From: a bacterium
Lineage (GTDB): Bacteria > Patescibacteriota > Minisyncoccia > Phycocordibacterales > UBA1550
Assembly: GCA_030649835.1 (NCBI GenBank)
Contig: JAUSES010000060.1
Span: forward strand, 6,411-70,410
Length of the DNA: 64,000 nt
Reading direction: 5' to 3'
Shown: one piece after another, positions 59,119-64,000 of the stretch
Position numbering within the stretch: the first letter of the stretch is position 1
Layout: each line of letters begins with the position of its first letter
Program-made: the position numbers and the translations under genes
The notes under the pieces: model-generated
Seen by the model: the letters and a program-made list of their open reading frames with translations, nothing else
Database searches by the model: none
What the model was told of the DNA's origin: nothing

Positions 59119-59658
59119 CTAGAGTGCTAGATTTGTTCCCACCTCATAGCGAGTGTCGTCAGTTCCGCCATCCGTTGCATTTAACATACGTGGGCTATAT
59201 TCAGAACTTTCAAGTACTGCGCTAACCTCAAAGGTTTTAGCAGTATTGTTACACTTATAAGCGTATCCCATTGCGCCGCTGTTTACTGGATCAACAGGAA
59301 GACTTGAGATTGGAGATCCACTTGTAAGGGAGTTAAGATTGATTGGTAACCAACCCGTTCCGTCTGTAAGCACGCTTAGGGTCGTTGTGCTACTGCTCCA
59401 TGGAGCACAAGCGACATCTGTATTCCCATTCATCCATGGTGTAGATGTACTTGTAAGGTAGAGTCCAAGCGCAGTCTTGATAGTATTCAAATCAGAAATA
59501 CGCTGAGTGTCGCGAGATTTCTTCAGAGTTTCCGCTGGGTTCAAGATGAGCACGAGTGCGACTGATAAAATTGCGATGATCGAAATAACGATCAAAAGTT
59601 CAAGGAGAGTAAAGCCCTTTGCGTGACCTGCTCCTTTTTTCATATTCATTGAAATCAT
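59119..59658 (-). CDS. pilA: Type IVa major pilin (PilA-like).
   Basis: 'MKKGAGHAKG|FTLLELLIVISIIAILSVALV' is a class III signal. The size is pilin-like and there are C-terminal Cys residues. Confidence 0.85.
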   Translation of the reverse strand: MISMNMKKGAGHAKGFTLLELLIVISIIAILSVALVLILNPAETLKKSRDTQRISDLNTIKTALGLYLTSTSTPWMNGNTDVACAPWSSSTTTLSVLTDGTGWLPINLNSLTSGSPISSLPVDPVNSGAMGYAYKCNNTAKTFEVSAVLESSEYSPRMLNATDGGTDDTRYEVGTNLAL

Positions 59659-59710
59659 ATTCTTTAAAAATTAATTAATTACTACCACAATATTATACCA
59701 AGGTGTTTCG

Positions 59711-60015
59711 GGAAAAGGAAATAGGGCTGTGGATAACTCGGAAGGGGGAACGGGGGTGCACAGGGGGAACGTTTGGGACAATGGCCCACAAGGGGAACGC
59801 GTGGGGACTTGGGAGGGGCACACACGGGACAGGAACCCACAAGGGGAACGAGGACTCACTGAGGGAACAGGGATACACATTGGGGACAGGGGGAACGGAA
59901 ATGCACACTTGGGACGGGGGGAACAAATAACGCACAGTCGCGTAGCGTCTGTGCGTTATTCGTTCCCCCTGTTCCCCCTGTCCCAAGTGTGCCCCTCCCA
60001 AGTTCCCTCTGTTCT
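59711..60015. repeat. Large imperfect palindrome of about 300 nt built from 'ggggaacg'-cored repeats with about 27-nt period, then a central hairpin (59926..59960), then the C-rich mirror arm. It sits upstream of pilA.
   Basis: 'gggggaacg' recurs at least seven times at roughly regular spacing. The centre is 'aataacgcacagtcgcgtagcgtctgtgcgttatt'. The mirror arm is 'cgttccccctgttccccctgtccc...'. Confidence 0.6.
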
Positions 60016-60022
60016 CGCGTTG

Positions 60023-60397
60023 CTACGCGAGATACCCCTTTACCTTATCTATAATCTCCTGTATTGGGTAGTCCACCTTTACCAGATATTCCTTTGCGCC
60101 AAGTGCGAGCGCGCGGTCCTGGTCCACCTGTTGCCCTAGGTTCGAAAGAACGACGACAGGAATATTGGCAATATCAGGGTTTTTTTGAAGGTCTTCAAGT
60201 ACGCTAAATCCATCCTTTTTGGGGAGCATGATATCAAGGAGAATGAGATCTGGTCTTTCACTAATAATTTTTGGAATCGCTTCCTCCCCACTACGCACAA
60301 GACACGAGGCTATCCCCTCTTTGGCAAACTTAATTTCATACACCTTTGAAATATGCTCATCGTCCTCCACTATTAAAACTTTTTTCATGATGTCCAT
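60023..60397 (-). CDS. Single-domain response regulator (CheY-like receiver).
   Basis: 'VLIVEDDE', 'LILLDIMLP' and 'VVVLSN...K' are receiver motifs. Confidence 0.85.
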   Translation of the reverse strand: MDIMKKVLIVEDDEHISKVYEIKFAKEGIASCLVRSGEEAIPKIISERPDLILLDIMLPKKDGFSVLEDLQKNPDIANIPVVVLSNLGQQVDQDRALALGAKEYLVKVDYPIQEIIDKVKGYLA

Positions 60398-60403
60398 AAA
60401 ATA

Positions 60404-60787
60404 TTATGCGTAACTCAGCATCTTGTCTGCAAGTGTATTAATATCGTAGTCGCTTTTTACCAAATAATCAACAACGCCAAGTTCAAGTGCAGTACCTTTT
60501 GATTCTTCTCCCCCCGAGACGGAGCAAATAGCTACCTTCAAATCCCTATACTCTTCATTTTTGCGAACCTTCTCAAGAAACTCTATTCCATTCATCCCAG
60601 GAAGAAGGAGGTCGAGCCACACAATATCTATATGAGGATGCTCAGAATCAAGCACACGAAGTGCGTCCTCCGCGCGCATTGTTGATATAACGCGATGACC
60701 CTTTTGCTCAAGTTTAAGCACAATAGCGTGATTGAGCGCAATATCGTCTTCTAGGAGAAGGACTGTCTTTGGAAATTGTTCATTCAT
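60404..60787 (-). CDS. Single-domain response regulator (CheY-like receiver).
   Basis: 'VLLLEDDIAL', 'IVWLDLLLPGMNG' and 'VAICS' are receiver motifs. Confidence 0.85.
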   Translation of the reverse strand: MNEQFPKTVLLLEDDIALNHAIVLKLEQKGHRVISTMRAEDALRVLDSEHPHIDIVWLDLLLPGMNGIEFLEKVRKNEEYRDLKVAICSVSGGEESKGTALELGVVDYLVKSDYDINTLADKMLSYA

Positions 60788-60860
60788 ATTCTGAAATTAC
60801 TTTAACTATAGTAACATTCCTATCGCGTTATGCAACCTTGTAGTGAACCCCCACACCTAC

Positions 60861-61118
60861 TTATCTATTGCAGACATTCAGCGACACGTTTTTAAGCTGA
60901 GAAAGCGCGCGACCATCTCTCTTAAGCGACGCTTCTCTTTTGCGAGCATCGCTCTCACTTATATATGCTTCATAATATCTAATTTCAAATGGTCGCCTAC
61001 TCATTGTAGATTGTACTTTACCAGAATTATGGTCTGCAAGTCTGCGTCGTAAATCATTAGTAGAACCGATGTACAAAAGTTCATCTTTTCGACTTTTTAG
61101 TACATATAGGTAATACAT
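60861..61118 (-). CDS. GIY-YIG nuclease-domain protein (small, stand-alone).
   Basis: 'YYLYVLKSRKDELLYIGSTNDLRRRLADH' matches the GIY-YIG signature. Confidence 0.8.
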   Translation of the reverse strand: MYYLYVLKSRKDELLYIGSTNDLRRRLADHNSGKVQSTMSRRPFEIRYYEAYISESDARKREASLKRDGRALSQLKNVSLNVCNR

Positions 61119-61121
61119 TTT

Positions 61122-63566
61122 TTACGACGATAGATAAGTAGGTGTGGAGGTGAACGGCACGGTAAAGAAGAATGTCGTTCCCTTACCCTCCTCGCTTTCA
61201 AACCATACTCTTCCACCCCACGAGTCCACGAGATCCTTCACGAGTGCCAATCCGAGCCCTGTGCCGTCGGGGATTTGCGCGCGCGCATTCTCTGCACGGA
61301 AAAATTTGGAAAAAATGCGAGAGCGTTGTGCTTCAGGGATACCGATACCATTGTCACTCACAGATACCACTGCTTCCTTTCCGCTGTCTTCCACCCACCA
61401 TTTTATCTCGATTATACCATCCTTGTTTGTATACGAAATAGCATTTGAGATTAAATTGAGAATAACCTGACGCAAAATAATTGAGTCTAGCCAGACAACT
61501 ACAGGATCTCTCTCCGGTGGCGATACCTTTAAAGTAAGCTTTTTATCCTCAAGTTGTGGTCCAATCTCTTTAGCAACTTCGCTTGTAAACATACTCATAT
61601 CTATCGGTGTTCTATCTGCTTTAATTTTTCCACTCTCAATGCGCGAAATTCCCAGAAGTAGGTCCACTGTCTGATACAAACGTTCTGCCCCCCCATGGAT
61701 TTCCTTCATAAAATCCCTTTGTGAATCGTTGAGCGTCCCCGCATCCTCGGACAAAAGCATTTCCGAATACCAACGAATAGAGGTAAGGGGGGTACGAAGC
61801 TGATGCGATGCCACTGAAATAAACCCTGACTTTGCTTCATCGAGCGCATAATCTCCCGCGATATCACGAATAACAATAACTGCACCGTGAAATCTCCCAC
61901 TAAGTGGTGCGATCGAAAGCGCTACAGGAAGCTCTGCTTCTCGTCCATCTGTCGTAATACAAAAGCTATCCTCAAGAGATGTCGTAACCGCTCGCTTGGT
62001 ACGAAACATTTCCTCAGTTGGCCAATCCTTTACATCAAGAATTTCCTTCTTTTTGAAAAACTTTACAACACTACGCAGGTCTCTCCCCGCAAGCTCCTCC
62101 TCTTTCATTGCAAATATTTCAAGTGCTTTTGTGTTTACTAGAACGATTTTATATTCCGGATCAATGAGTACAAGTCCGTCCCCAATAGAGGAAAGAATTG
62201 TTTGCAGTTTCGTTCCCTCCTCCTCAAGCCTCTCCTTTGCCTTCCATGAATCCTCAAGGAGGTTTAAGGTTGCGATCTTTGATTCTTCGAGGAACCTCTC
62301 TTGTTCCTCATGCGCGTGAATATCTTTTTCGAGAGCCAGTGCTTTCTCTTCAATCTCTGCTTTAGACTTCACGAGCTCACCTTGTGTTGTGCGAATGGAC
62401 TGCACCATTGTGTTAAACATTCCTGCGAGCTTTCCTATTTCGTCCTTTGTGTGCACTATTGCCTGTGCGGTGAGATCCCCTTTCATCACGCGCTCGAGAG
62501 CTGATACAACTTCCTCAATACGTTTAAGTGGAAGTCGTACAAAAAATATTATTATAAATATTCCAAAAATCAGTACTATCTCACCGGTAAAAATAGTTGT
62601 TCGAGCAAGGGATGCAAGCGCCGAGAAGGCTTCTTCTTTGCTTACCTCAACAAGAAGGACTAGATCATCAGACGCGAGACATCGCGAAACGCCAAAAACC
62701 CGAATTCCATGATAATCATCGTATTCCATACTTGTGTCAATGCCTTTTTCCAAGCATTCACGTACTGGAGGGACGTCAGCTTTCTGCTTTTTGTTTATGT
62801 CAGCAATATGCCGAGATGGGGTAACGATTAACTTATGACTATTTACTATATATATGTCTGAGGTCTTATAATTTGTATTGAGCACACTTCTTGATAATCC
62901 GACTTCTTTATTTTTAATTTCCCCAGAAATTGTTTCAGCTATTTCGTTGATACTCAAAAAATGTATTAGAAGAACTGCATCCAATGGTACAAATTTACCC
63001 GAAGCGCTCGTTTTAAAAAAACGTGCAGTTACGTGAACCATAGGCTCTGTCGACTCGTCTGTCTCAAAAACAATGCTTCTTACAAATGTCTCTCCAAAAT
63101 TGGCTCCAATTGTTTTGCTAAAATAGTGCGCCTTTAACTCTACTTCTTCCTTGAGCTCGTCAGTTCCTAGACGTTCTGGTCGAGTGGATGCAATAACTAT
63201 TCCATTCTTGTCGAGAATCTCCGCCATCATAACCGACTTATCATACGGTATTCTTTTTTCTATAATATGTTTAGCAAAATCGCTTTCTGCTGTCTTGCGT
63301 GCAGTGCTTCCCTCTTTTGTCTCTAGAAGTCTTGTTACAACATCCTGTAGTGTCGCAGAAGCTGTCCATTCGAGCGCCTCTCTACGGAGTGACTTCAAAA
63401 ATGTATAGTAGGATCCCTCGGCCTGACCAGCACTAATACGGAGAGTATCTGTAATCTGACTCTTAAATGCTACGCTCACAACATGCTGTGCATAAAAAAC
63501 AACCACAAATACGGTAACGAGAAGAAATGATCCAAAAAATATAATCGCCTTTGTACGAAGTTTCAT
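61122..63566 (-). CDS. Sensor histidine kinase (TM helix, extracellular sensor, HAMP, PAS, HisKA, HATPase_c).
   Basis: 'HQLRTPLTSI' is the H-box. 'DNGIGIP' and 'GTGLGLALVK' are the G1 and G2 boxes. A PAS-like region precedes them. Confidence 0.85.
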   Translation of the reverse strand: MKLRTKAIIFFGSFLLVTVFVVVFYAQHVVSVAFKSQITDTLRISAGQAEGSYYTFLKSLRREALEWTASATLQDVVTRLLETKEGSTARKTAESDFAKHIIEKRIPYDKSVMMAEILDKNGIVIASTRPERLGTDELKEEVELKAHYFSKTIGANFGETFVRSIVFETDESTEPMVHVTARFFKTSASGKFVPLDAVLLIHFLSINEIAETISGEIKNKEVGLSRSVLNTNYKTSDIYIVNSHKLIVTPSRHIADINKKQKADVPPVRECLEKGIDTSMEYDDYHGIRVFGVSRCLASDDLVLLVEVSKEEAFSALASLARTTIFTGEIVLIFGIFIIIFFVRLPLKRIEEVVSALERVMKGDLTAQAIVHTKDEIGKLAGMFNTMVQSIRTTQGELVKSKAEIEEKALALEKDIHAHEEQERFLEESKIATLNLLEDSWKAKERLEEEGTKLQTILSSIGDGLVLIDPEYKIVLVNTKALEIFAMKEEELAGRDLRSVVKFFKKKEILDVKDWPTEEMFRTKRAVTTSLEDSFCITTDGREAELPVALSIAPLSGRFHGAVIVIRDIAGDYALDEAKSGFISVASHQLRTPLTSIRWYSEMLLSEDAGTLNDSQRDFMKEIHGGAERLYQTVDLLLGISRIESGKIKADRTPIDMSMFTSEVAKEIGPQLEDKKLTLKVSPPERDPVVVWLDSIILRQVILNLISNAISYTNKDGIIEIKWWVEDSGKEAVVSVSDNGIGIPEAQRSRIFSKFFRAENARAQIPDGTGLGLALVKDLVDSWGGRVWFESEEGKGTTFFFTVPFTSTPTYLSS

Positions 63567-63762
63567 TTAGTTAGAATGTAGGATATGGAATTTAGAATTT
63601 AGGAACAGGGCTGGTGGGCCTTCGGCAACTAGCCTCCACACTCCATTTTATTGTAGCATGCGTTTCTGAAACTTGATATACTTAAATGATAGGATTTAGT
63701 AGATAGAAATTTGAATATAGGAAAATCAGATTCAGGATCCTAAATTCTATATTCTATATTCC

Positions 63763-64000
63763 ATCTGTATGAACCTACTTCGTATTTTTACAAAAGAAAA
63801 ACGTGTTGCGGGGATAGAGATTAGCGACTCGGTTATTCGTATCGCTTTTTGGAGACCCCACAAGCATATTAAGGATTACGGTGACTCAAGCCACGGAGAT
63901 GAGCTCGTACTCATAGAGGAGCCTATCCCCTCAAACCTTATTGTGGGGGGAGTTGTAACCGATATTGATTTTCTTGGTAAAATATTGAGAGGTATTTGGA
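63763..64000 (+). CDS. pilM: Type IV pilus assembly protein PilM (N-terminal fragment, runs off the window end).
   Basis: Manual translation gives 'MNLLRIFTKEKRVAGIEISDSVIRIAF...GGVVTDIDFLGKIL', which is a PilM-like actin-fold N-terminus. Confidence 0.6.
   Translation, partial: MCMNLLRIFTKEKRVAGIEISDSVIRIAFWRPHKHIKDYGDSSHGDELVLIEEPIPSNLIVGGVVTDIDFLGKILRGIW

Noticed and set aside
59711-60015. CRISPR array
   Set aside because: The periodic 'ggggaacg' units are degenerate. There are no discrete conserved repeats of about 30 nt separated by unique spacers. The whole region is an imperfect palindrome, and no cas genes are nearby.

Overview
This 64-kb window looks like a small-genome, AT-rich bacterium, possibly Patescibacteria/CPR-like; that placement is inference only. 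It is densely coded. From left to right it holds the following. (1) Housekeeping genes: an NTase-fold protein, htpX, hicAB, LemA, a DUF167 protein and pyk. (2) A tRNA-Asn(GTT) whose 3' end overlaps a large serine recombinase gene. This starts a low-GC island of about 11 kb with an AAA_25 RepA-like ATPase, a run of small membrane and zinc-ribbon ORFs, an ADP-ribosylglycohydrolase and an ietAS-like defense pair (AAA+ ATPase plus subtilase S8). The subtilase gene is interrupted by a single in-frame TAA. (3) An intergenic tract of about 0.8 kb with several related structured repeats whose ends are reverse complements of the tRNA-Asn T-arm. (4) Genes for secreted proteins and two tandem M14 carboxypeptidases. 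(5) A glycan locus with a GT2/GtrA pair, a GH8, a BcsA-like GT2 that is frameshifted, a GT-C glycosyltransferase, an Ig-repeat surface protein and a large glycoside hydrolase. (6) FolB, Csp, a SET-domain protein, a flavoprotein, a PAS sensor, MgtA and a MacAB-like ABC system. (7) A large minus-strand type IV pilus cluster. It contains PilX-like and prepilin genes, secreted repeat proteins, a peptidase carrying three YVTN-type repeats and an M23 domain, a 1138-aa adhesin-like protein, two pseudopilins, a four-helix-bundle protein, pilC, pilB and pilA. Upstream of pilA are two CheY-like receivers, a GIY-YIG protein and a PAS histidine kinase, and pilM begins divergently at the window end. Two repeat features stand out. 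A roughly 200-bp MITE-like element with 14-bp terminal inverted repeats is present as two inverted copies bracketing the tRNA-island region. Within the pilus cluster, palindromic arrays with a ~27-nt 'ggggaacg' periodicity recur upstream of pilin genes. Their gene-proximal arms encode unusual Pro/Ser-rich prepilin leaders.
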